Shown here: piece by piece, positions 9,038 to 19,039 of the stretch | Numbering within the stretch: position 1 is the stretch's first letter | Layout: each line of letters starts with the position of its first letter | IMG/VR virus record: IMGVR_UViG_3300025840_000011 | Origin: a virus | Direction: 5' to 3' (one strand) | DNA length: 64,000 bases | The notes under the pieces: generated by a model | The model's database searches: none | What the model was told of the DNA's origin: nothing | The model's input: the letters and a program-made list of their open reading frames with translations, nothing else | Position numbers and translations under genes: made by a program

Positions 9038-11644
9038 ATGGCACGCCCTATTACACTCATAACAGATACGTTTAAGGTACTTAGAGATAACATCAATACT
9101 ATCTCTAATAACGTTGGCGATCCGGATCTTCTAACCACAACGACGAGAGCGTTCACTCTAGGAAACACTGGGGTCGCGCAAAGATCAGACTCTTCTGATG
9201 TTGTTAGTGCGTTAAACGAACTCGACTCTGACCTTCACGGTGCAGGCGGTGGTGATGTAAAGAATGATCTGAACTACATCTCCTACGCAATCAATCGTGT
9301 CCGTGATAGTGGTATGACGGGTGCAATGAACGCTATCGATGCATATATCGGTGGTGACTCAGATACTCTAAATGTTGAAGCGAACACGATCAAAGATGCG
9401 ATCAACGAGATCGAAGCGGTCTTTGACGCAAGTACACTCAAGATTAATGCGGGAGGTGACTTCCGATTTGATGGTGCGGGTGACCTAGAGGTTAACTTAG
9501 ATGGAGGGGATGTTACCTTCCTCAGTGACTCCGATCAGTACGCACATTTTAATCTTAGAGACAGTGCCGCCGATTTTGTACAAACATACACCCACAGTCT
9601 CAGGATTAGAACTGCGGACTCTGCGGCCGGTAACGTATACTTAGATGCGGGGGGAGACATTACTCTCGACGCAGACGGAGGTAACGTATATCTTAAGGAC
9701 GGTGGTGCAACGCATTTTGACTACTCTCTGGGTTCAACCAACACGGTAACAGTAACCGGAAACTTGACACATGATGTTTCTGGTGATATAGTACTGGACG
9801 CCGGTACTCTTAACATAGATTTCTTAGGGGCGGGGACAACACGTTTCGCCTATGGTCTTGGTGCATCTAACACACTAGATGTCACAGGTAATCTTTCCGA
9901 AGTGGTTTCAGGAACCTACACAGAGAGTGCGGGTGGAAACTATCATGTCGGAAACACTGGGACATACGAAGTAGTACCTACCGGAAACGCTACTGTGGAT
10001 GCGGGTGGAGATATCATCCTTGACGCAGATGGTGGTAACGTCACACTCAAAGATGACGATAGTGCGGCATTTGATTTCAGTCTCGTAGACGGTATTGTCT
10101 CTAGAACTGGTCACACTACACTTGATGTTTCTGGTAACATTACTCTTGACGCTGATGGTGGTAACACCTACATCAAAGACGGCGGTACTACTCAGTTCCA
10201 GTTCATTGCGGGAACCAACAAAGAGATTGACGTTCCGGCTGGCAACTTGACAGTTGACGTTGCGGGTGATATAGTACTCGACGCAGACGGCGGAGACATC
10301 GACTTTAAAGATAATGGAACTGCAAGGTTCTCTTATGGTCTAGGTGCAACGAATACACTTGAGGTTAACGGTAATCTGACTCAGACAGTATCGGGTAACG
10401 TAATCGATAGTGCTAATGGGACATATACTGTAACTTCTACAGACGATATGTCACATACTACTCTTGGTAGATACACTCTATCAGCAGATAGTGCTGTTAT
10501 TATAACATCTGATTCTGCAATTGTCAATAGTGCCATTGGTTTTGCTGTAAACACAACTAACGGTTATATTGATCTTAATGCTTCTGGTGCATACGGAACA
10601 GTAAGAGTTGATGCCGATCATGCTATTGTCCTTGATGCTGACGATGGTGACATCTATATTAATGATGGAGGAATCACTGCTTACCACATTATGTCATCTG
10701 GTACAATTTCTCGTGACGGAGACTTGACACTAGACATTTCTGGTGATATAACACTAGATGCAGATGGCGGAGACGTATTCCTCAAAGACGGTGGAACTCA
10801 GTACGGTGCGTTAACCAACACATCCGGTAACCTCATCGTCAAGTCCGGTACGACTACTGCACTGACATTCTCTGGTGCGAACGTTACTACGGGTGGCAAC
10901 ATCACGGTAGGTGGGAACACCATTAGTAGAACAGGTGCATTGACACTAGATGTTTCTAGTGGTATTAGTCTTGACGCTGGTACTGGTATCGTATACCTGA
11001 AAGACAATGGTATCACTTACGGATCGTTAAGAAATCCTGCCGGTGCAAAAACCCTTGACATCTATAGTAATACGACCAAGGCAATCGGGATCGATAGTTC
11101 TTCGAACGTCACGATTACCGGAACGGTCACTGAGGGTACTACACTTGGCACAACATCAACTCACTTGGGTGGTGCGATCAACGAAATCCACACTGAGTTG
11201 GATTCCGCTACTACTGATCTTCAGACAACCAAGGGTAGGGTAACTAATCTCGAATCTCAGATGGATTCTAATGAGGGAATCATTGGTGTCTCAGTAGAAT
11301 GGAATGCGGACAATACCTACAGTTGGATTCACTCAACGTCTAACAGGGCCGCAATCAACGATCTCGACTCTGCGATTGGACATCTTGCAGACTTAGACAA
11401 TACCACTTTCGCTGGTGCAAATGATAAAGACAATGTTGTGACTGCATTGAACGTACTTGCGGGTGACGTGCAAGACGTTCAGGGTGATGCGGGAACACTA
11501 GATAGTAGAATCGGTTCACTTGCAAACCTGGCCGCCTTCTTCGATAGTGCGGGGGCGACATCAAGTATTGTAAACGCCCTAAATCACATGGCAAGTAGAG
11601 TGGTCAATGTGTATGACGAAAATGGCACTCTGTTAAACACTTAA
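9038..11644 (+). CDS. Tail fibre-like protein with D(A/V/I)xGDIxLDADGG repeats
   Basis: About 9 GDIxLDA(D)GG-like repeats; AINE/ALNE coiled segments; Gly/Asp/Thr-rich. Confidence 0.7.
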   Translation: MARPITLITDTFKVLRDNINTISNNVGDPDLLTTTTRAFTLGNTGVAQRSDSSDVVSALNELDSDLHGAGGGDVKNDLNYISYAINRVRDSGMTGAMNAIDAYIGGDSDTLNVEANTIKDAINEIEAVFDASTLKINAGGDFRFDGAGDLEVNLDGGDVTFLSDSDQYAHFNLRDSAADFVQTYTHSLRIRTADSAAGNVYLDAGGDITLDADGGNVYLKDGGATHFDYSLGSTNTVTVTGNLTHDVSGDIVLDAGTLNIDFLGAGTTRFAYGLGASNTLDVTGNLSEVVSGTYTESAGGNYHVGNTGTYEVVPTGNATVDAGGDIILDADGGNVTLKDDDSAAFDFSLVDGIVSRTGHTTLDVSGNITLDADGGNTYIKDGGTTQFQFIAGTNKEIDVPAGNLTVDVAGDIVLDADGGDIDFKDNGTARFSYGLGATNTLEVNGNLTQTVSGNVIDSANGTYTVTSTDDMSHTTLGRYTLSADSAVIITSDSAIVNSAIGFAVNTTNGYIDLNASGAYGTVRVDADHAIVLDADDGDIYINDGGITAYHIMSSGTISRDGDLTLDISGDITLDADGGDVFLKDGGTQYGALTNTSGNLIVKSGTTTALTFSGANVTTGGNITVGGNTISRTGALTLDVSSGISLDAGTGIVYLKDNGITYGSLRNPAGAKTLDIYSNTTKAIGIDSSSNVTITGTVTEGTTLGTTSTHLGGAINEIHTELDSATTDLQTTKGRVTNLESQMDSNEGIIGVSVEWNADNTYSWIHSTSNRAAINDLDSAIGHLADLDNTTFAGANDKDNVVTALNVLAGDVQDVQGDAGTLDSRIGSLANLAAFFDSAGATSSIVNALNHMASRVVNVYDENGTLLNT

Positions 11645-11661
11645 GTTAAGGGACGGTAGTA

Positions 11662-14256
11662 ATGCCAATTGCGAAGAGTAAGCCATTAAAACTCAACAGT
11701 CCCGATCAAGGCGATCTAAAGAGACTTAGTAGTACAGAAGAAAATTACCTATCATATCTGATTGGGCAACACTTCTGTGCGGATAGTGATGGCGACAATG
11801 AGATTGGAAATCTAACACTTACTAGTACTAATGCAAACACCGTAGGTTCGTTTGTTGATACCCTCATAAACGAACCAAGTGGAACGCATCCAACTTCTGC
11901 AATTACGTCAACATCAACTACGACTACTCTGTACCAAAAATACGGTACAGCGGACGAGACTGATTCCGACTTCACAAAACCTATTGCATACTACAACCCT
12001 CTCACAGACGGTAGTACCGATCTTGGTGCGGAAGGTGTTTATGAGATGGCGGATTCTGACATGAATCGTTTAGTCGATAGACTAAATGGTCGAATCGCGT
12101 TGTCCGATTATCTTGGATCTTTTAAACTCAGTAATAGTACGACATCGCCTGGGGCAGGATATGTCAAATTCATAGAAGACGTTTTTACAGATAATATCGA
12201 AGTCGATACGAATACTACAGACAATTTTTCTATCTGGAGAAGAGAGAGTCAGACTGCACCTTCGTCTATTACAGACAGTGATGGTAACACAACACTCCTA
12301 TCCTGCATAAACAGAGACAGTGGTGGTAACTACCTCGGCATTGGTGTGATGTCGGATCGTGCGATAAAAGTTTCTCTTGGACAACGTGCAAAGACTAGAC
12401 GTTCTGCTTCTGATGGGATTGGTTCATATGTTTTGAGATCAAGTTCTCAGGGTGCACCTTCTGGTAGTGGTAGTTGGAGAGCAGTGGGTTCTGCGACAAA
12501 CCGTAGAAGAGACCTAATTCAAACTTCGTATACTCGTACCAGAAACTCCACGTATACCAGAGACAGACAGTCAACCTATGCGGGAATTTATAACAGAACT
12601 AGAGTATCGAATTACACTAGGAATAGAACGTCCACATATTCTAGAAATTTCGTAGGCGACTTTGTTGCGACTTATCAAGGCAACTACATTGCAAACTTTA
12701 TAGGTAACTATTCTCGTGGTTTCGTAGGTAATTACTCACGTAATTTTGCGGGTAACTATATTGGAGACTTTATTGGTAACTATCAAAGAGGGTTTGTCGG
12801 TAACTATACCGGAGACTTTACTGGTAACTACGCCCGTAACTTTCTTACGGGGTATTCCCGAAACTTCACTCGTGATAGGACATCAAATCAGACCGCTGTA
12901 AGAACGCAGACTCGTACCTCTTCATATTCTAGAACTTTCTCTAGGGTAAGAAGTTCAGCGTATACCAGAACGAGGACTTCTTATTACTCAAGAAATAGTG
13001 TTGCAAATAGAAACTCTCAGTACAACAGAACCTCTACACGTACTAGGTATGAATACTACTCTCGTTCTTTTGCGGGTAACTACGCACGTGCGTATACCAG
13101 AGATCGTCAACAAACTAGACACTCGACTTATAATAGAACCTTTATAGGTAACTATTCCCGTAACTATACACGGTTCTTTACTGGAGACTACACAAGAAAC
13201 TCTTTTTATAACAGAACGGCATATTACAATCGGTTTCGTCCGAATCCAAACTGGGATCCTTGGAATGCAGCTCAAGGCCCCATATATTACTTAGGAGTCT
13301 ACTCCCGAAATATCGCAACGGAAGGGCCTCTGTCATATAGTAGATCGTTTACCGGAAACTATTCAGGTAATGCACCGAACTACAGTAGAACTATTGTTTC
13401 GATTGGTCCACCTTGGCAGTGGAACTGGATTGCGGGCGAGTTCCCATCAGTCTATACTAGAACTTCACAATATACAGCGGCTTTCCAAAGAGTTCGTGTA
13501 GAAACTTATAACGCGAATTTTACCAGAAACCGAACCTCGAATTACGCAAGAGCGTTTACGAGAGATCGGATCTCATCGTATGCAAGACTTTTTGTCGCCA
13601 ACTATATTGGAAACTATCAGCGAGTATTTACAAGAAGTCGGTCCTCAAATTTCTCACGTAATTTTGGGGGGAACTTTATAGGTGACTATGCGAGAACTTT
13701 CATAGGTGACTTCACTGGTAATTACTCACGTGATTTTGGGGGTAATTACTCACGTAACTTTACACGAAACAGGAATTCTGCATACAGTAGAAATTTCATT
13801 GGTAACTACACTGGGGACTTCTTAGCGAATTATATTGGTAATTACGCACGTAACTACTTTAGAGTAACACGGACATCTACATATACTAGAAACTCAACTA
13901 GAGATTCTCAGAGAACTATAGGTAGTGATTACACTCGAAATTCTACAAGAGACTCGACTAGAGTAAGATCAAGTACTTACACTAGAACTCGAAGTTCTAC
14001 GTATACTAGAGACAGTACCGTTGGTCCTTATACAAGAAACAGGAACTCAAATTTCACGGCAACTAGAACGTCCTCATATTCTAGAGATTTCATAGGCGAT
14101 TATACTAGAGGATTTTTAGGAGATTATATTGGCGATTATGCAAGAGGGTTTATTGGAAATTACTCTCGAACCTTCACTGGTAACTACACAGGTGAGACTG
14201 TCGGCAGTTCAACGGAACTTATCGAAACGTATACCTTGTATGTTAAATATGCATAA
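11662..14256 (+). CDS. Mirror-repeat (predicted giant beta-hairpin) fibre protein A
   Basis: Globular N-domain paralogous to 14278; YxRx/RxSx/FxGx tetrapeptide repeats at 12529-14196. Confidence 0.75.
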   Translation: MPIAKSKPLKLNSPDQGDLKRLSSTEENYLSYLIGQHFCADSDGDNEIGNLTLTSTNANTVGSFVDTLINEPSGTHPTSAITSTSTTTTLYQKYGTADETDSDFTKPIAYYNPLTDGSTDLGAEGVYEMADSDMNRLVDRLNGRIALSDYLGSFKLSNSTTSPGAGYVKFIEDVFTDNIEVDTNTTDNFSIWRRESQTAPSSITDSDGNTTLLSCINRDSGGNYLGIGVMSDRAIKVSLGQRAKTRRSASDGIGSYVLRSSSQGAPSGSGSWRAVGSATNRRRDLIQTSYTRTRNSTYTRDRQSTYAGIYNRTRVSNYTRNRTSTYSRNFVGDFVATYQGNYIANFIGNYSRGFVGNYSRNFAGNYIGDFIGNYQRGFVGNYTGDFTGNYARNFLTGYSRNFTRDRTSNQTAVRTQTRTSSYSRTFSRVRSSAYTRTRTSYYSRNSVANRNSQYNRTSTRTRYEYYSRSFAGNYARAYTRDRQQTRHSTYNRTFIGNYSRNYTRFFTGDYTRNSFYNRTAYYNRFRPNPNWDPWNAAQGPIYYLGVYSRNIATEGPLSYSRSFTGNYSGNAPNYSRTIVSIGPPWQWNWIAGEFPSVYTRTSQYTAAFQRVRVETYNANFTRNRTSNYARAFTRDRISSYARLFVANYIGNYQRVFTRSRSSNFSRNFGGNFIGDYARTFIGDFTGNYSRDFGGNYSRNFTRNRNSAYSRNFIGNYTGDFLANYIGNYARNYFRVTRTSTYTRNSTRDSQRTIGSDYTRNSTRDSTRVRSSTYTRTRSSTYTRDSTVGPYTRNRNSNFTATRTSSYSRDFIGDYTRGFLGDYIGDYARGFIGNYSRTFTGNYTGETVGSSTELIETYTLYVKYA
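12529..14196 (+). repeat. Tetrapeptide repeat array with 56 mirrored units per arm
   Basis: Manual parse: arm 1 is 12529-13200, arm 2 is 13519-14196. Confidence 0.85.
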
Positions 14257-14277
14257 ATACTCACAACAGGAGTAAAT

Positions 14278-17200
14278 ATGTCATCTAACATACCATTGAA
14301 ATTAGAGGGAACCGCAGGCGATCTGCAAGAGATGACCTCTGGTGAGGAGAACTACATCTCTTATATCGTCGGTAAGGATAACCTTGCCGCGACTACTGGT
14401 GTGTCGGATTTAACTCTAACATCTACTGGTAACACCTCTATTGGATCGTTCGTTAACACCTTCTACAACGAAGCGGTGGGAACTCACCCAGCGTCTTCAA
14501 TTACTTCGGGGTCAACGACTACAACAGTATATCAGGTTGCGGGAACAGAATCTCCGGACACTGGTAGTCTTCGTCCCATAGGTTACGCAACAGATGGCGG
14601 TTCCACTCCTAGTTTTTATGAGATGCCTGATTCTGATCTGAACGTTCTTGCGCGTCGAGTAAACTCACGTATTGCAACTTCGGACTATCCGGGCATCTAC
14701 AAGTTAGCGACTGCCGCACCTAGTGGTGACTATGCAGTAAAAGTTTCTAACGTATTTACGGATACACAGACAGACGGTACTACAACACAATATAACATCT
14801 ATCAAAGAACCGCAATGACCGCACCCACCACAGTCAGACCCGTTGGTCTTAGTGGTGGCGATCTTAAAGAGATGGCGGACAGTGACATCTCAGACTTGAT
14901 AGGATCTTTTGTGCGTACACTTCGTGCAACGTCTGGAGAAATAGGATCATACCAACTGAGATCCTCATCACAAGGTGCACCAACAGATGCGGGTACTTGG
15001 ACTTCGGTAGGAACTGCAACAGATACGAAGAAAAATATTGTTGAAACAAACTACACCCGAAACAGGAATTCTGCATACAGTAGGACTCGAAGTTCGAACT
15101 ATACACGGACACGGGGTTCTACGTATACTCGCACGTCTCTTAGAAGCCGTGTCTCGAATTACGCTGGTGATTATGTTGGTAATTATACCAGAAACTTTAT
15201 TGGTGATTACACCCGCGATTATCTGGGTAATTATATTGGCGACTTTATCGGGAACTACTCTCGCACCAGAGTATCAACATACTCTCGAACCAGAATAACA
15301 GACTACGCCGGTAACTTTATTGGTAACTACTCCAGAACTAGAGTATCCAATTATACAAGGGATAGTCAAAGGACTTCGGTTCGCACCAGAGTCTCTGCGT
15401 ACTCCAGAACCAGACCTTCTACTTACCAAAGGGATAGAGTGACCAACTTTGTCGGTGACTTTATTGGTAACTACACTCGCAATAGAATATCCAACTACAC
15501 AAGAACTCGTGTGTCATCTTACGCTGGGGACTATGTTGGTAACTACGCACGTAACTTCCTTGGTAACTATAACAGAAATTTCTTGGGTAACTATCAGAGA
15601 AGTTTTGCCGGTGATTACGTAGGTAACTATACTAGAAACTCAACTAGAGATTCTCAGAGAACCAGAACTTCTACCTACACTCGAACGAGTACACGTACAA
15701 GACTTTCAACATATACTCGAACGAGTACACGTACAAGAAGTTCAGCGTACACACGAAACAGTACCAGAAACCGTGTATCTAACTATCTGGGTAACTACAA
15801 CAGAAACTTCGCTGGTAATTACGTAGGTAACTATAACAGAAGTTTTGTGGGTAACTACGTAGGTAACTTCCTTGGTAACTACGTGGGTGATTTTGTTGGA
15901 GACTATACTCGACAAGGTGCATACGCTCGCGCATATGCGGGTGACTATCTGGGTAATGTCAACTACGTAGGTAACTACGCAGGAACCGTAAACTATCAAC
16001 GTACTCGTGCAACCAATTATCAGAGGACTAGTACTGCGCCTCTTGATTATACTCGTGCACGTCCCGCAACTTTAGATTATACACGTACTCGTGCAACCAA
16101 CTACGCAAGAACTGTAGCATACACTCGTGCACGTCCTGCAACTTTAGATTATACAAGGACCAGTACACGTACAAGTACTGCAACTGGTAACTATACTAGG
16201 AACCGTGTAGCTACACTGGACTACACCAGAGATCGTCAGCAAAACTATGCACGTACTTTGTATTACACTAGAACCAGTACTGGATCGGCCTCATATACCA
16301 GAAACAGAGTTGGTTCACAAGGATACAGTAGAACACTTAACTACACACGTGATGTCTACTATTACAGATCGACTCCGGCTCCGTATGGTTCGGTGTATGG
16401 TAGAACCCAAAACTTCTCTCGTACACTTACGTACTACAGAAACGCAACGTTCACCGGAAACTACAGTCGTAACCTCAGTTATACGGGTGACTATTTCCGT
16501 CTCGTATACTACTTGGCGAACTTCGTAGGTAACTACACTCGTAACGCTACATATACCGGAGATTATACTCGTACATTCAGTTACGCTGGTAACTTTACAG
16601 GTAACTACACTCGTAGCGTAACCTATACTGGTAACTACGCTCGTACCATAAACTATACGGGTGACTTCGTTGGTAACTACACTCGTAACGTAACCTATAC
16701 TGGTAACTATTTAAGAACCGGATCATATTTGGGTGACTACGTTGGCAACTTCGTGGGTGACTATGTTAATGAAAATGCGGTTGCCTATGCGGGAGACTAC
16801 ATCAACGAAAACGTAAATTACGTTGGTAACTATGCACGAAACTTCTATCGAACACTCAACTATCAACGTACCCGTGTAACCGACTATCAACGTACCCGTG
16901 CAACTGATTACACACGTACTCGCGTGTCTGCTTACAGTAGAACAAGTACCCGAACCAGAGTATCCGCTTATTCTCAAAACTACGCAAGGACTTTCGTAGG
17001 GGACTTCACTGGTAACTATGCGAGAAACTTCGCCGGTGACTATGTGGGTAACTACTCAAGAGGTTTCGCTGGTGACTATGTGGGTAACTATGCACGTAAC
17101 TTCCTTGGTAACTATACTGGGGACTTTATTGGCAACTACACAAGAACTTCTTTGAGGACTCGTTATTCACAATATACAAGAACTCGCGTATCGTCCTATA

Positions 17201-17784
17201 CTAGAAACAGATCGTCAACCTACGCAAGAACCTCTACACGTACTAGTAACAGAGATTTCATTGGTGACTACACTCGTGGGTTCCTTGGTAATTACACACG
17301 GAACAGCGTCAATACCTTTGCGGGTAACTTTATAGGTGACTACGCCAGAAACTTTATTGGTAACTATACACGCAACTTCGAAGGTAACTACCTTGGTAAC
17401 TATGTCGGAGACTATACACGTGACTTCGTGGGTAACTACTCAAGAGACAGAGTAACTATATTCACGGGTGACTTTATCGGTAACTATGCGAGAAACTTCA
17501 TTGGAGAGTATTCAAGAAACTCAACCAGAGATTCGCAGAGAACCAGAACCTCAGCGTTTACTAGAACCCGAAATTCTGCGTACACTCGTACATCAACAAG
17601 AACAAGTACACAAACCTTCGCTGGAGATTACGTGGGTAACTACGCACGTGACTTCATTGGAGACTACAGTCGTGGGTTCATTGGAAACTATCAAAGAACT
17701 TTCGTTGGTAACTACACAGGTACAACCATCGATTCCGGTTCGTCCACAATCCAAACATACACGTTATATGTGAGATCCGCTTGA
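14278..17784 (+). CDS. Mirror-repeat (predicted giant beta-hairpin) fibre protein B
   Basis: Paralog of 11662 (PLKL...EENY(L/I)SY, GTHP, EM.DSD, Y.LRSSSQGAP, C-terminal TYTLYV). Confidence 0.75.
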   Translation: MSSNIPLKLEGTAGDLQEMTSGEENYISYIVGKDNLAATTGVSDLTLTSTGNTSIGSFVNTFYNEAVGTHPASSITSGSTTTTVYQVAGTESPDTGSLRPIGYATDGGSTPSFYEMPDSDLNVLARRVNSRIATSDYPGIYKLATAAPSGDYAVKVSNVFTDTQTDGTTTQYNIYQRTAMTAPTTVRPVGLSGGDLKEMADSDISDLIGSFVRTLRATSGEIGSYQLRSSSQGAPTDAGTWTSVGTATDTKKNIVETNYTRNRNSAYSRTRSSNYTRTRGSTYTRTSLRSRVSNYAGDYVGNYTRNFIGDYTRDYLGNYIGDFIGNYSRTRVSTYSRTRITDYAGNFIGNYSRTRVSNYTRDSQRTSVRTRVSAYSRTRPSTYQRDRVTNFVGDFIGNYTRNRISNYTRTRVSSYAGDYVGNYARNFLGNYNRNFLGNYQRSFAGDYVGNYTRNSTRDSQRTRTSTYTRTSTRTRLSTYTRTSTRTRSSAYTRNSTRNRVSNYLGNYNRNFAGNYVGNYNRSFVGNYVGNFLGNYVGDFVGDYTRQGAYARAYAGDYLGNVNYVGNYAGTVNYQRTRATNYQRTSTAPLDYTRARPATLDYTRTRATNYARTVAYTRARPATLDYTRTSTRTSTATGNYTRNRVATLDYTRDRQQNYARTLYYTRTSTGSASYTRNRVGSQGYSRTLNYTRDVYYYRSTPAPYGSVYGRTQNFSRTLTYYRNATFTGNYSRNLSYTGDYFRLVYYLANFVGNYTRNATYTGDYTRTFSYAGNFTGNYTRSVTYTGNYARTINYTGDFVGNYTRNVTYTGNYLRTGSYLGDYVGNFVGDYVNENAVAYAGDYINENVNYVGNYARNFYRTLNYQRTRVTDYQRTRATDYTRTRVSAYSRTSTRTRVSAYSQNYARTFVGDFTGNYARNFAGDYVGNYSRGFAGDYVGNYARNFLGNYTGDFIGNYTRTSLRTRYSQYTRTRVSSYTRNRSSTYARTSTRTSNRDFIGDYTRGFLGNYTRNSVNTFAGNFIGDYARNFIGNYTRNFEGNYLGNYVGDYTRDFVGNYSRDRVTIFTGDFIGNYARNFIGEYSRNSTRDSQRTRTSAFTRTRNSAYTRTSTRTSTQTFAGDYVGNYARDFIGDYSRGFIGNYQRTFVGNYTGTTIDSGSSTIQTYTLYVRSA
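15052..17724 (+). repeat. Tetrapeptide repeat array mirrored about TPAPYGSV (16372-16395)
   Basis: Arm 1 is 440 aa and arm 2 is 443 aa; the 2-residue stutters are mirrored. Confidence 0.9.
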
Positions 17785-17809
17785 CACGAATGATCTAGTG
17801 TTGTATAAT
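17781..17809 (+). promoter_or_regulatory. sigma70-type promoter TTGACA-N17-TATAAT
   Basis: Perfect consensus overlapping the stop codon of the 14278 gene. Confidence 0.8.
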
Positions 17810-17853
17810 AACACACTATATACTATTAATTTCGCCAATTAGGAGATTATGAA

Positions 17854-18321
17854 ATGAGTTATAGGAAATGGCTTGACAACGCCTTCTGGGAAACCAGTGA
17901 AAAAGAAATGTTAAACTGCATCCTTGAGATGGAGGATGATGTTGGTCGAGTAACTCGACAAGTAATGAAGTTAAAAAAGACTGACTCCGAAGGAAACGAG
18001 AATCCGGACTTCGTTGAGGTTGTTGAATTCTTGGGTCAAGAACTCATTGACGAGAACACCGAAGAACGCAACGTTCGCAAGAAGAGAGAATCTGAAGAAG
18101 AGAAACAACGACAACTTGAACACGCTAAGGCGAGAAAGTTGGAAGAACTCTTCAACTACAAGTTGGAAGCCTTTGAGGTTCCGGAGATCAAAGACTCTAA
18201 AAACCGTCCTCTAAAATCTAAACTTCGTCGGGCAAAGAATAAGGTCGAAGTGAACCTATATGCAATTATGATCCTGATGGATGAACTCAAGAAGGCGGAA
18301 GAGAGTGACGGAGAAGAGTAG
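17854..18321 (+). CDS. Hypothetical protein (possible fibre assembly chaperone)
   Basis: AGGAG RBS; charged helical protein directly after the fibre genes; function is inferred only. Confidence 0.6.
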   Translation: MSYRKWLDNAFWETSEKEMLNCILEMEDDVGRVTRQVMKLKKTDSEGNENPDFVEVVEFLGQELIDENTEERNVRKKRESEEEKQRQLEHAKARKLEELFNYKLEAFEVPEIKDSKNRPLKSKLRRAKNKVEVNLYAIMILMDELKKAEESDGEE

Positions 18322-19039
18322 AGGTTTTGTAATTGTCGCATCTAAGAAAATTAATTTCTATAGGTACGCAATCAATCTGGCAGAGTCTATCCTTGACTAT
18401 TACGAGGATGCGAAGATCACACTCTTTTGTGAAGAGTGGATGTTCGAAGAGATCCATCGTGAAATCTTTGATCAAGTAATCTGGTGTTCCGATCACTATC
18501 GTGCAAAGTTATGGGGTATGGCGAAAACCCCATATGATCAAACGATGTACCTTGATGCGGATATGGAAGTCGAACATGAAGACATCCTAACCTGTTGGGA
18601 CGAATTCGATAAGGGTGATGTAGTATTCTCCAAACTCACCGAAGAAAGAAGTTACACCTATGCAGAGTGGGAGTTCGACACACCGGAAGGAAAGACAGCG
18701 TTTACTTTGTGTGGTGGTATATGTCTCTATGATATGACCGTCCCTCTGGTAAAAGAATTCATGGATGACTGGTGGGATTTGACAAGGCGTCAAATGGATC
18801 ATGAATGGTGGCCAAAAGGATACGCTGAGTCTCTTCGTTCTTGGGATCAGTTCTCACTCTGGTGGTTGACCACCAAAGAAGAGAAGTACAAGGACTTGAA
18901 GATCGGTGTCTTTGAAGACGATGTTCGTTGGAATTATTATAACGCATGGAACTGGGCAAGGACAAAACCCGAATCGGGTAAACCAGTAATCATTAGACAT
19001 TACTCATGCGGTCTTGATAAGGATGGATATATTTTATGA
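18305..19039 (+). CDS. GT-A fold glycosyltransferase (GT8-like)
   Basis: KLWGMAKTPYDQTMYLDAD (DxD), GG and DQFSLW motifs, C-terminal IIRHY; likely GTG start at 18305 (ORF track gives 18281). Confidence 0.7.
   Translation: MTEKSRGFVIVASKKINFYRYAINLAESILDYYEDAKITLFCEEWMFEEIHREIFDQVIWCSDHYRAKLWGMAKTPYDQTMYLDADMEVEHEDILTCWDEFDKGDVVFSKLTEERSYTYAEWEFDTPEGKTAFTLCGGICLYDMTVPLVKEFMDDWWDLTRRQMDHEWWPKGYAESLRSWDQFSLWWLTTKEEKYKDLKIGVFEDDVRWNYYNAWNWARTKPESGKPVIIRHYSCGLDKDGYIL

Noticed and set aside
12529-17724. DNA-level inverted repeat or CRISPR array behind the repeats
   Set aside because: The recurring ggtaacta units are codons for Gly-Asn-Tyr with synonymous variation. There is no fixed repeat-spacer period and I saw no reverse-complement match between arms. 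The symmetry exists only in the protein.
11662-17784. Diversity-generating retroelement target (many AAC codons)
   Set aside because: There is no reverse transcriptase in the window, and I saw no template/variable repeat pair differing only at adenines.
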